Shown here piece after piece: positions 18,636-28,634 of a stretch of DNA of 64,000 nt (its first letter is position 1; each line of letters begins with the position of its first letter). A program made the translations under genes and the position numbers. This DNA is from Candidatus Aminicenantes bacterium. GTDB taxonomy: Bacteria > Acidobacteriota > Aminicenantia > Aminicenantales > JAFGBC01. The notes beneath the pieces are model-generated. The model was not told the origin of the DNA. It searched no databases and saw nothing but the letters and a program-made list of their open reading frames with translations. The stretch lies in NCBI GenBank assembly GCA_963702005.1, contig OY969696.1:2752001-2816000 (forward strand), read 5' to 3'.

Positions 18636-19331
18636 ATGCGCGCGCCCAAGCTCGTCTGGCTGTTAATCGTCGGATCGGTCCTCGTCCCGCTCCCGATCAA
18701 AGCCCAAGACGCGGCCGACCGGGCGCGAGAGGTCCGGCGGCTGGAAACGGAGCTTTCCCTCGCCAAATCCCCGGCGTTTTATCTCGCCTTGGACCTCGAG
18801 GCTCGAAAGATCGAGCTTAAGGCGAGAGGAATGGTCCTGCGCGACTGGGCCCTGGATGAAATCCATCAATCCGGTTCAAGGGCCGCCGAGGGCGTCTACT
18901 CCATCTTGAAGAAAGCGGCGCGCTTCATCCCGACCCGCTTAAAAATCACTCCTGAAAAAGAGGGCGAGGAACAGATCGTCAAACCGGACGAGTCCAAGGC
19001 CAAGGAGAATGGGCAGGTCAAAGCCGAGGCGGGCCAGCCGGCGACGGAAACCTATGACCTCCAGGCCCTCGAAATCCGAGACATGCCCAGCAGCTTCGAC
19101 CTGATTCTCGATTCGGGGCTGACGATTCAATGCCGTCCTCATAAAAAGGGTTTAGCTGCCATCCTGGCAAAGACTGGACGGGCCCTCTACCTTCCCCTCA
19201 AAACCTTGGTTCTGGCCGTCAAGAAAAAGCGCTTAGACATTATCGAACTGAGCACCAAGGATAGCAAAGAAGCGCAAGCTCTCTACTGGACAGTATTCGA
19301 AGGCCAGAAATTATTTATCCTAACTAATTAA
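18636..19331 (+). CDS. Secreted protein, possibly a degenerate YkuD-fold protein
   Basis: Signal peptide; FYLALDLEARKIEL...G.Y.I..K resembles the YkuD N-terminal strands; no His/Cys catalytic motif. Confidence 0.55.
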   Translation: MRAPKLVWLLIVGSVLVPLPIKAQDAADRAREVRRLETELSLAKSPAFYLALDLEARKIELKARGMVLRDWALDEIHQSGSRAAEGVYSILKKAARFIPTRLKITPEKEGEEQIVKPDESKAKENGQVKAEAGQPATETYDLQALEIRDMPSSFDLILDSGLTIQCRPHKKGLAAILAKTGRALYLPLKTLVLAVKKKRLDIIELSTKDSKEAQALYWTVFEGQKLFILTN

Positions 19332-19372
19332 TAATAAACACTTAATCATCAATAAAATATTTCTATTTTAAT

Positions 19373-19402
19373 ATTGACAAAACAACACTCAACTTATATA
19401 TT
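19373..19402 (+). promoter_or_regulatory. dnaK promoter with an overlapping HAIR-like (HspR) operator
   Basis: TTGACA(19374)-17 bp-TATATT(19397). ATTGACA-N7-ACTCAAC compares with HAIR CTTGAGT-N7-ACTCAAG. AT-rich upstream region. Confidence 0.65.
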
Positions 19403-19429
19403 AATAATCAACTAAATTAGGAGGAAGAT

Positions 19430-21367
<1,938 letters not shown>

Positions 21368-21434
21368 GCGGGCCCCCGGCGGCGACCGCTCCGGCCGGAT
21401 GGTCCTTCCTGTCCGGACCGGGAGGCCGTGAAGG

Positions 21435-22544
21435 ATGGACAAGGACTATTACAAGACCTTAGGGGTCGAACGGGCGGCCGGAGTCCAGGAGATCAAGAAA
21501 GCCTACCGGAGGCTGGCCCGCAAGTACCATCCCGACCTCAACCCCGGCGACAAGACCGCCGAGGCCCGCTTCAAAGAGATCCAGGAGGCCTACTCGGTCC
21601 TGAGCGATCCCAAGAAAAAAGCCCAGTACGACCAGTTCGGGTTCGTGGGGGATCGTCCTCCCGCCGCAGCTGAACGGCCCGACAGTTCCGGATTCGAGGG
21701 CTTCGACTTCTCCGGCTTCGGGACGACCTCCTTCCGGGACTTCTTCGAGAACCTGTTCGGACGCTCGGCCGGCCAGGCCGCTCCTCAGCGGGAAGGACGA
21801 GGGGAAGACCTCCTTTACACGATGAAGCTCGGGTTCGAGGACGCCGTCCACGGCGTCCAGACCCGGATCAAGCTCAACCGGATGGTCCGCTGCGCGACCT
21901 GCGGAGGCCGGGGCACCGTCCAGCACGCAAGCCGGCGCGCCTGCCCGACCTGCCGGGGGAGCGGCCGGAGCTACTTCCAGCGCGGGGCCATGAAGTTTTC
22001 GGCGAATTGTCCTGACTGCGGCGGGAGCGGCGAGACGGCCGGCGAGGATTGCCGAGACTGCCGGGGCGCCGGACTGGTCGCCAGGTCCGAGCTCATCAAC
22101 GTCCGCATCCCGGCCGGCGTCGATTCGGGATCCAAGGTCCGGATCGCGGGCAAGGGGCACGAGGACCGGCTGGGCGGGCCGGCCGGCGACCTCTACATCC
22201 AGATCGAGGTCAATCCCCATCCTCTGTTCCGGCGCGAGGGACCGAACATCACCGCCAAGATCCCGATCACGGTCCCCGAGGCGACGTTGGGAGGGAAGAT
22301 CGACGTCCCGACCCTTTACGGCCGGACGATGATCCGGATTCCGCCCGGGACGAAATCCGGGCAGCGCTTTCGTCTCAAGGACAAAGGCGCGCCCGTTCCC
22401 GGCCGGAAAGCCGTCGGCGACCAGGTCGTCGAGGTCACGATCGTCCCGCCCCCGTTCGCGGACCAGCGGGTCCGGGAGCTCATGAAGGAGCTCGCGAAGA
22501 TCTCGGGGCCCAATCCGAGGGAATTCCCGGGAGGAGGCGACTGA
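21435..22544 (+). CDS. dnaJ: Chaperone DnaJ (class A)
   Basis: J domain with HPD, G/F region, four CxxCxGxG repeats. Confidence 0.93.
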   Translation: MDKDYYKTLGVERAAGVQEIKKAYRRLARKYHPDLNPGDKTAEARFKEIQEAYSVLSDPKKKAQYDQFGFVGDRPPAAAERPDSSGFEGFDFSGFGTTSFRDFFENLFGRSAGQAAPQREGRGEDLLYTMKLGFEDAVHGVQTRIKLNRMVRCATCGGRGTVQHASRRACPTCRGSGRSYFQRGAMKFSANCPDCGGSGETAGEDCRDCRGAGLVARSELINVRIPAGVDSGSKVRIAGKGHEDRLGGPAGDLYIQIEVNPHPLFRREGPNITAKIPITVPEATLGGKIDVPTLYGRTMIRIPPGTKSGQRFRLKDKGAPVPGRKAVGDQVVEVTIVPPPFADQRVRELMKELAKISGPNPREFPGGGD

Positions 22545-22545
22545 G

Positions 22546-22977
22546 ATGAGGAAGCGCAAGTCGACGAGGAGCCGTAGCGAAGAAAACCAGGCTAGCCAAC
22601 CCTATTATCATATCTCGAGCGTCGCTCTTCGCTTTAACATCCATCCTCAAACGCTGCGCCTCTACGAGCGGGAGGGACTCCTCCGTCCCTCGCGGAGCGA
22701 GGGCAACACGCGTCTCTACACGGAGGAGGACCTCAAACAACTCGAGGTCATTCTCAACCTCATCCGCGAGCTCGGCGTCAACCTGGCCGGCGTCGAGGTC
22801 ATCCTCAACATGAGGGAACGGATGAGGCAAATGGAGATTCAGGTCTCGGAGTTTTTAGAGTATATCCAGACTGTATACTTCGCCGGACGGGAGGACGAGT
22901 TCGAGAACCGGCGCAGGAGCCTGGTCAAGGTTTCGGCGACCGGCATCGTCAAGTCCGGGGAGCCCGAGGGTTCCTGA
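22546..22977 (+). CDS. hspR: HspR-like MerR-family heat-shock repressor
   Basis: IHPQTLRLYEREGLL.PSRSEGNTRLY...LGVNLAGVEVIL, directly after dnaK-dnaJ. Confidence 0.85.
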   Translation: MRKRKSTRSRSEENQASQPYYHISSVALRFNIHPQTLRLYEREGLLRPSRSEGNTRLYTEEDLKQLEVILNLIRELGVNLAGVEVILNMRERMRQMEIQVSEFLEYIQTVYFAGREDEFENRRRSLVKVSATGIVKSGEPEGS

Positions 22978-22999
22978 ACGGGGAGGCCGGAGGCGATCC

Positions 23000-23842
23000 G
23001 TGGATTATCAGGACTTTCTCGATTCCCGAAACCTGCAGCTCTACTTGGACCAGATCGCCAAATTTTCCCTCTTCAGCGAGGAACAGGAGAAGGCGCTGGG
23101 GGAGCAGATCCTGAAGGGCGACAAGGACGCCCTCCGGATGCTCGTCGAGTGCAACCTCCGCTTCGTCGTCTCGATCGTCAAGCGGTACCGGGGGATGGGA
23201 ATCAGCTTCCTGGACCTCATCAACGAGGGCAACGTCGGGCTGATCGAGGCCGCCCGGCGCTTCGACCCCAAGCGGGGGGTCCGGTTCATCTCCTATGCCG
23301 TCTGGTGGATCCGCCAGTCCATCATCCACGCCCTGACCCATTCCTCCCGGATCTACAACATCCCCCAGAAGCTCTCGGACCAGATCTCGCTCATGAAGCG
23401 AAAGAAGGAGAAGCTCAAGGCCGAGCTGGGCCGCGAGCCGGAGCGGGAAGAGATCGCTAAAAGCATGGGAATCTCGGCCGAGGAGATCGAGGACCTCGAG
23501 CTCCTGTCCGAGCGGAACATCTCCTTGAGCGATCGCTACGGCGAGGACGACCTCGAGGTCGAGGAAAAGATCAGCGATCAGGAACGGCCCTCCGTCGAGG
23601 ACCAGGTCATCCATTCCTCGATCCAGAGCCAGATCCGGGAACTCCTGGCCGGGCTGGATGATAAAGAGGCACTTGTGCTAAAATTACGGTTCGGCCTGGA
23701 CGATGACAGGCCGCGGACGCTGCAGGAGATCGGCAAGATTCTCAGCGTGACCCGGGAGCGGGTCCGCCAGATCGAGCAGAAGGCCAAGCGGAAGCTGGCC
23801 CAGTCGAACAAACTCCAGCAGCTCAGAGGGTACCTCAATTGA
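23000..23842 (+). CDS. sigma70-family sigma factor lacking region 1.1 (RpoD/SigA-like group 2/3)
   Basis: LQLYL, NLRFVVSI, DLINEGNVGL..A..RFDP..G.RF.SYA.WWIRQ and RTLQEIG...VTRERVRQIE. Confidence 0.92.
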   Translation: MDYQDFLDSRNLQLYLDQIAKFSLFSEEQEKALGEQILKGDKDALRMLVECNLRFVVSIVKRYRGMGISFLDLINEGNVGLIEAARRFDPKRGVRFISYAVWWIRQSIIHALTHSSRIYNIPQKLSDQISLMKRKKEKLKAELGREPEREEIAKSMGISAEEIEDLELLSERNISLSDRYGEDDLEVEEKISDQERPSVEDQVIHSSIQSQIRELLAGLDDKEALVLKLRFGLDDDRPRTLQEIGKILSVTRERVRQIEQKAKRKLAQSNKLQQLRGYLN

Positions 23843-24591
23843 CGCCCGAAACGATCTGTCCCGTTTGCCAGGGTAACCGCTGGGTCCTGGAGGAGTCCGG
23901 GGGCGCCGTCCGAGCCCGCCGCTGCACCTGCCAGACCGAGCGCCGAGGGCGGGTCCTCATCGAACAAGCCCGGATTCCGCGCCGCTACCAGAATTGTTCC
24001 CTGGCCAATTTCGACGGCCGGAACGATTCCCTCCGCAACGCCAAGAAGATCTCGGAAAAATTCGTCAAGAACTACCCCGTCCAGGAGGTCGGACTCGTCT
24101 TTCTCGGACCCTGCGGGGTGGGGAAGACCCACCTGGGCGTCGCCATCCTCCGCGAGCTCGTTGAGACGAAATCGGTTCCCTGTCTGTTCTATGACTTCCG
24201 TGAGATTATTCGCGACATCCAGAGCACCTTCAGCCCGGACTCGGCCTTGAACGAATCCGACGTCCTGGCCCCGGTCTTCGAAACCAAGGTCCTCGTCCTG
24301 GACGAGCTCGGCGCCAAGCGGACGACGGCCTGGGTCGAGGAGACCGTTTTCTACATCATCAACCAGCGCTACAACGCCAAGAAGTTGACGATCTTCACGT
24401 CGAATTACCCGGACACTGCCGAGGAGGAGGACGACGACCGGCGCGACGCGTTTTATAAAAAAGGGGAAGAGACGCTGATCGACCGGATCGGCGTCCGGCT
24501 CCACTCCAGGATCTACGAGATGTGCAAGATCGTCCGCATCGACGCCGAGGACTACCGCAAGATCGCCAAGCAGGCCAGCTACCGGTTTTAG
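23839..24591 (+). CDS. DnaC/DnaI/IstB-like AAA+ ATPase with an N-terminal Zn-binding motif
   Basis: CPVC...CTC, IPRRY, GPCGVGKTHL, LVLDELG and IINQRY...TSN. Confidence 0.85.
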   Translation: MTPETICPVCQGNRWVLEESGGAVRARRCTCQTERRGRVLIEQARIPRRYQNCSLANFDGRNDSLRNAKKISEKFVKNYPVQEVGLVFLGPCGVGKTHLGVAILRELVETKSVPCLFYDFREIIRDIQSTFSPDSALNESDVLAPVFETKVLVLDELGAKRTTAWVEETVFYIINQRYNAKKLTIFTSNYPDTAEEEDDDRRDAFYKKGEETLIDRIGVRLHSRIYEMCKIVRIDAEDYRKIAKQASYRF

Positions 24592-24632
24592 CGGGGATGC
24601 GCTCGCTGAGTGAATCCTCTTCCTGAGCCTTA

Positions 24633-24661
24633 TTGCTTTTTTAAAATCTCCATGCTATAGT
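24633..24661 (+). promoter_or_regulatory. Promoter of the tRNA gene
   Basis: TTGCTT-17 bp-TATAGT with an extended TG, 13 bp upstream of the tRNA. Confidence 0.55.
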
Positions 24662-24674
24662 CTGCAGCGCCTGC

Positions 24675-25011
24675 TCCTCGGTAGCTCAATCGGCAGAGCG
24701 GGTGGCTGTAATCATCTTGCAGCTTCCACGAGAAATCGTGGTTGAAAAATCGGGTGAATTCAGGGAAGCCTTCCCTCCGCCGGGAGCGGAGAAAGGTAAT
24801 CCTGAGCCAAGCCCCGTCCCGAACAAAGTTCGGGACGGGGAAGGTGCAGAGACTAGAGCCTAGGCTCGTACTCCGGGTATGACCTGGGGGAAGCGCCCGA
24901 CACCCTCCCCTCGATAATGCGAGGCGGGTGAAGAGATAGTCCAAGCCCAGAAGAAATTTTGGGGGCCTTGTAACCACTAGGTTGCAGGTTCGAGTCCTGC
25001 CCGAGGAGCCA
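24675..25011 (+). tRNA. tRNA-Asn(GTT), exons 24675-24709 and 24971-25011, interrupted by a group I intron
   Basis: Joined exons give a canonical 76-nt tRNA: TCCTCGG/CCGAGGA acceptor, G73, encoded CCA, D arm AGCTCAATCGGCAGAGC, anticodon arm GGTGG-CTGTTAA-CCACT and T arm GCAGG-TTCGAGT-CCTGC. Confidence 0.92.
24710..24970 (+). ncRNA. Group I self-splicing intron (261 nt, no ORF) at tRNA position 35/36
   Basis: P1 GGCTGT|AA pairs with TTGCAGCT, giving a U.G at the splice site. Core elements: P AATTCAGGGAA, Q AATCCTGAG, R GCAGAGACTAG, S AAGAGATAGTCC, P3 TCGGGTG/CGCCCGA, GAAA-capped P2 and P9, terminal G. Confidence 0.9.
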
Positions 25012-25029
25012 TTTTTATTCCCGCCTCTA

Positions 25030-26382
25030 TCAGGTCAAAGATGACGGGGCCGTTCCTCCGCCGTCCGGCCTTCTCCCCCGTCGCCCCCGGCGATGCCGTT
25101 TTCGCCTGCTCCGCTCCGATTCCGGGCCGGACGGGACGGATTCCCGCAGAAGAATCTCGAAGCCCTCTCCCGGCCCGGCCGGGCGTCCCGTCCTGATCAG
25201 AAAACAGAGGCGGCCGGCCTGTCCAAAATGACTGCGCTTGGCCAGGGACCAGCGCATCCGGCCTGTCCGCAGGGCGCGGCCCATCGCTCCCAGAATCAAC
25301 AAAATCTGGATGAAGTCGGCTTTGAGTTTCCGGGGCAGGGTCGCTTTCATCCCGGCCCGGTCAAAGGTTTCATAAAGGATGTTGTGGATGTCCCCCGGCT
25401 CGGCTCCGAAGAGCGGCTCGACCCATGGCCAAAAAATGAGCGAGTACATCTCTTCGGCCGCGAGCTTCAGTCCCGCCCGCCGGGACCTATCCTCGACGTC
25501 GAGGAGTCGATCGAGCCGGGCGTACAGAGCGGGGTTGGATTCGTAATCCTCGCCGGCCTTGCCCAGGATGATCCCGAGCAGCCCGCGGGTTCGCAGCGCT
25601 GCGAAGACGGGCCGCGTTTCATAGGCCAGATCTTTGTTGAGCTCCTCATATAAACGCGCTCCCGAGCACGCGGCTAAAAGCTCGCGCTGAGCGGGGATCT
25701 CCCGTTCGGTCGCCTCGTCGACCGTGAACCCGAGACGGCCCGCGTGGCGCAGAACCCGCCAGACCCGGACGGGATCCTCGGCGAAACGCTCGGCCGGATT
25801 CCCAATGACTCGGACGACGCGGCGGGTCAAGTCCTCGACTCCCCCCACGAAATCGATGACGACATCGTCGTCCGGGTCGTAAAACAGGGCGTTGATCGTG
25901 ATGTCGCGCCGGAAGGCGTCCTCGCGGGGCGTCCCGTAGATCAGTTTCGGGTCGATCGGCGCGTCGGGCGAGATCTCCTCGCCCCGGTCGGGGATGCGCC
26001 GGAAAGTCGCCACTTCGATAATCTTCCCCTCCGGGAAACGGACGTGGGCCAGCCGGAAACGGCGGCCGATGATGAAACAGTTGGCAAACCTCTTGCGGAT
26101 CTGTCCCGGCCGGGCGTCGGTGACGATGTCGAAATCCTTGGGGACCCTCCCCAGCATGAGATCCCGGACCGCCCCCCCCGTCAGATAAGCACGAAAGCCG
26201 AAGCGATGGAGGCGCCGGATGATCCCCAGGGCGTCCGGGTCGACCTCCCGGCGCGAGATCGGGTGGTCGGGCTTTTCGATGACCAGGGGCGATTCGGGGC
26301 CGTCCGGAGGGGCGGATTCGGCGTCGCCTGGATCAAGGACAGAAGGGGGGACGTCCCTGGATTGATCATCGCCGTTTGTCAT
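25030..26382 (-). CDS. pcnB: Poly(A) polymerase I
   Basis: GGAVRDL.LG..PKDFDI, PAP-specific IIGRRFRLAHV, RRDITINAL, EDPVR and an Arg-rich tail. Confidence 0.9.
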   Translation of the reverse strand: MTNGDDQSRDVPPSVLDPGDAESAPPDGPESPLVIEKPDHPISRREVDPDALGIIRRLHRFGFRAYLTGGAVRDLMLGRVPKDFDIVTDARPGQIRKRFANCFIIGRRFRLAHVRFPEGKIIEVATFRRIPDRGEEISPDAPIDPKLIYGTPREDAFRRDITINALFYDPDDDVVIDFVGGVEDLTRRVVRVIGNPAERFAEDPVRVWRVLRHAGRLGFTVDEATEREIPAQRELLAACSGARLYEELNKDLAYETRPVFAALRTRGLLGIILGKAGEDYESNPALYARLDRLLDVEDRSRRAGLKLAAEEMYSLIFWPWVEPLFGAEPGDIHNILYETFDRAGMKATLPRKLKADFIQILLILGAMGRALRTGRMRWSLAKRSHFGQAGRLCFLIRTGRPAGPGEGFEILLRESVPSGPESERSRRKRHRRGRRGRRPDGGGTAPSSLT

Positions 26383-26441
26383 CGGAGAGTGAATTGTAGG
26401 GTCTGACTCTTCATTTTGTCAATGAGGGCCAGGAATTTAAA

Positions 26442-26496
26442 TTTAATTTTTTCTTCATACGGCCTTCATCAATTCTTAACGGAGATCTCCTATCAT
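26442..26496 (+). promoter_or_regulatory. Pho-box array and -10 element of the porin-pst operon
   Basis: TTTAAT/CTTCAT/CTTCAT/CTTAAC at 26442, 26453, 26464 and 26475 (exact 11-bp spacing), then TATCAT at 26491. Confidence 0.7.
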
Positions 26497-26527
26497 GCCC
26501 TTGAAATATTCCATGAAAGGAGATTGC

Positions 26528-27604
26528 ATGAACATTCGGAAATCTATCCGAACCGCCTTAGTCCTGGCCGGATTACTGGCTGGATTAGGCAGCGGGCTTC
26601 ACGCCCAGCAGACTTTCGGGACCACGATCTACTTCGACTGGACCCACTTCCTGTCCGACAACGGCCCCAAGACGACCGCGCCGCCCAACACGCCGAGCTT
26701 CAAGAACGACTTCTTCGCTTTCCGCCGGGCCTATTTCACCTACGAAAACAAGATCAACGACAACCTCAAGTTCCGCTTCCGCTTAGACGCCGACAACACG
26801 GCCAACCTGACCTCGGTCGATTCCGCTTTTAAAACGAAGAAGGACGACAAGCTCCGCCCCTTCATCAAGCACCTCTATTTCGAGTACGCCAACCTGATCC
26901 CCCGGTCCGTGTTGAGGGTCGGCATGACCGAGACCCTGACCTTCAAAGCGGCCGAGGATCGCTGGGGTTACCGGAGCGTCGCCAAAACGCTGGTGGACGG
27001 CTACAAGGACATCACGGGCGTCGAAATCGACGCGAGCTCGGCCGAGATCGGCGCCAGCCTGACCGGCTCCCTGATCAAGTACCTCCGCTACGGCTTCATG
27101 GTCAGCAACGGCGCAGGGTATGGCCACGCCGAAACCGACAAATGGAAAAAGCTGTCGTTCCAGGCCCAGCTCGTTCCCGTGGCCGGCCTCTCGATCTACG
27201 GCTACCTGGACACCGAAAAACAAGATAAGGATAAGGACGCCCTGACCTACAAGCTCGACGGCTACTTCGAGATGGTCAAGAACCTGGTCATCGGCGCCGA
27301 ATACTTCGTCTACCGGAACGACCTCTACCTGGTCGGAACCGACCGCTATGACGTTTCGGGCTATTCCGTGTTCGGGCGCTATGCCATCACGCCCGACAAG
27401 CTGAACCTGTTCGCCCGTTACGACTCCTACGAGCCGAATTCCAAGGTCGACAAGGACCAGACGAGCCTGGTTATCGCCGGCCTGGACTGGGCGCCCTGGC
27501 ATTCGAGCATCAAGTTCCAGCCCAACATCTGGATCCAGAGCTACCAGGACTCGGCGAAGAAGAACGACGTCATCTTCAACATGACCTTCTTCATGTCGTT
27601 CTGA
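26528..27604 (+). CDS. Outer-membrane porin, probably phosphate-selective (OprO/OprP-like)
   Basis: AAAGGAG RBS, signal peptide, FRRAYF motif, beta-barrel pattern and C-terminal Phe; first gene of the pst operon. Confidence 0.75.
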   Translation: MNIRKSIRTALVLAGLLAGLGSGLHAQQTFGTTIYFDWTHFLSDNGPKTTAPPNTPSFKNDFFAFRRAYFTYENKINDNLKFRFRLDADNTANLTSVDSAFKTKKDDKLRPFIKHLYFEYANLIPRSVLRVGMTETLTFKAAEDRWGYRSVAKTLVDGYKDITGVEIDASSAEIGASLTGSLIKYLRYGFMVSNGAGYGHAETDKWKKLSFQAQLVPVAGLSIYGYLDTEKQDKDKDALTYKLDGYFEMVKNLVIGAEYFVYRNDLYLVGTDRYDVSGYSVFGRYAITPDKLNLFARYDSYEPNSKVDKDQTSLVIAGLDWAPWHSSIKFQPNIWIQSYQDSAKKNDVIFNMTFFMSF

Positions 27605-27647
27605 GTCGGCGGCTTAGAATCAACAAGGCAGACAAGGAGACATCCAA

Positions 27648-28541
27648 ATGAAAAAAGCAATGCTTCTGATCGCCGGCCTGGCCCTTCTCGGCGCGCTCCT
27701 CCTGGGCGCCCCGGCCAAGAAGATGATCCAGGTCAAAGGATCCGACACCATGGTCAACCTGGTCCAGATCCTGGCCGAAGAATTCATGGCCCAGAACCCG
27801 GGGACGGCCATCGCCGTCCTGGGCGGCGGCTCCGGCACCGGGATCACCGGCCTCATCAACCAGACCTGCGACATCGCCACCCACTCCCGCGAGTGGAAGC
27901 CGAAAGAGATCGATCAGGCCTGGGAGAAGGGCGTGAGCCCCCGGTTCTTCGTGATCGCCGTCGACGGCCTGAGCATCATCGTCAACGAAAAGAACTCCCT
28001 GAAATCCCTGAGCATGGCGCAGGTCGGCGCCCTCTACCGGGGCGAGGTCAAGAACTGGAAATCCATCAGCGGGCCGGATAAGGCCGTCTCCCTCTACGGT
28101 CGCCAATCCAACTCCGGAACCTACGTCTTCATGCAGGAGCACGTCCTGGGCAACAAGAATTACTCGACCGATATGAAAGAGATGAACGGCAACGCCCAGA
28201 TCATCGAGAGCGTCCTCCAGGACGAGGGCAGCATCGGCTACGTCGGCGTCGGCTATCTCTACGACAAGGACGGCAAGATCCGCAAGGGCCTCAAGGTCCT
28301 GACCATCTCCAAGGCCGAGGGCGACGAGGCCTTCTCGCCCCTGGACAAGGCCGCCATCGACACCGGCAAGTACCCGATCGCGCGGCCCCTTTTCGAGGCC
28401 ACGAACGGGAAGCCCTCCGGCGACGTCGCCAAGTTCATCGCCTGGGAGACCGGCCCCGAGGGCCAGGCCGTCGTCGAGCGCGAAGGCTTTTACACGATCG
28501 GCGCTCCTCACAAGGACGCCAACGACAAGAACTTCAAATAA
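27648..28541 (+). CDS. pstS: Phosphate ABC transporter substrate-binding protein
   Basis: KGSDTM, GGGSGTG, RQSNSGT and YPIARPL. Confidence 0.93.
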   Translation: MKKAMLLIAGLALLGALLLGAPAKKMIQVKGSDTMVNLVQILAEEFMAQNPGTAIAVLGGGSGTGITGLINQTCDIATHSREWKPKEIDQAWEKGVSPRFFVIAVDGLSIIVNEKNSLKSLSMAQVGALYRGEVKNWKSISGPDKAVSLYGRQSNSGTYVFMQEHVLGNKNYSTDMKEMNGNAQIIESVLQDEGSIGYVGVGYLYDKDGKIRKGLKVLTISKAEGDEAFSPLDKAAIDTGKYPIARPLFEATNGKPSGDVAKFIAWETGPEGQAVVEREGFYTIGAPHKDANDKNFK

Positions 28542-28612
28542 CTCTCCCAAACCCCACGGGCCGGGGGGCGGCCGCCCCCCGGCCCGTCCTTCCGTTCGGG
28601 TTGGGGGAGTTA
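28539..28612 (+). repeat. Nested inverted repeat between pstS and pstC
   Basis: Perfect 32-bp palindrome at 28556-28587 inside an outer stem TAACTCTCCCAA/TTGGGGGAGTTA. Confidence 0.75.
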
Positions 28613-28634
28613 CAAGGGTGGGGGAGAGGCGCCA

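Noticed and set aside
23839-24591. IS21 element or prophage replication module
   Set aside because: No IstA, terminal repeats or phage genes; the gene is coupled to a chromosomal sigma gene.
24630-24977. 115-aa minus-strand ORF as a homing endonuclease
   Set aside because: It is antisense to the intron and has no LAGLIDADG, HNH or GIY-YIG motif.
24675-25011. Reading the split tRNA as Tyr(GTA) or Thr(TGT)
   Set aside because: GTA and TGT appear only in the unspliced junctions. Those splice choices lose the U.G pair or the terminal G, and U1-A72 with G73 fits Asn.
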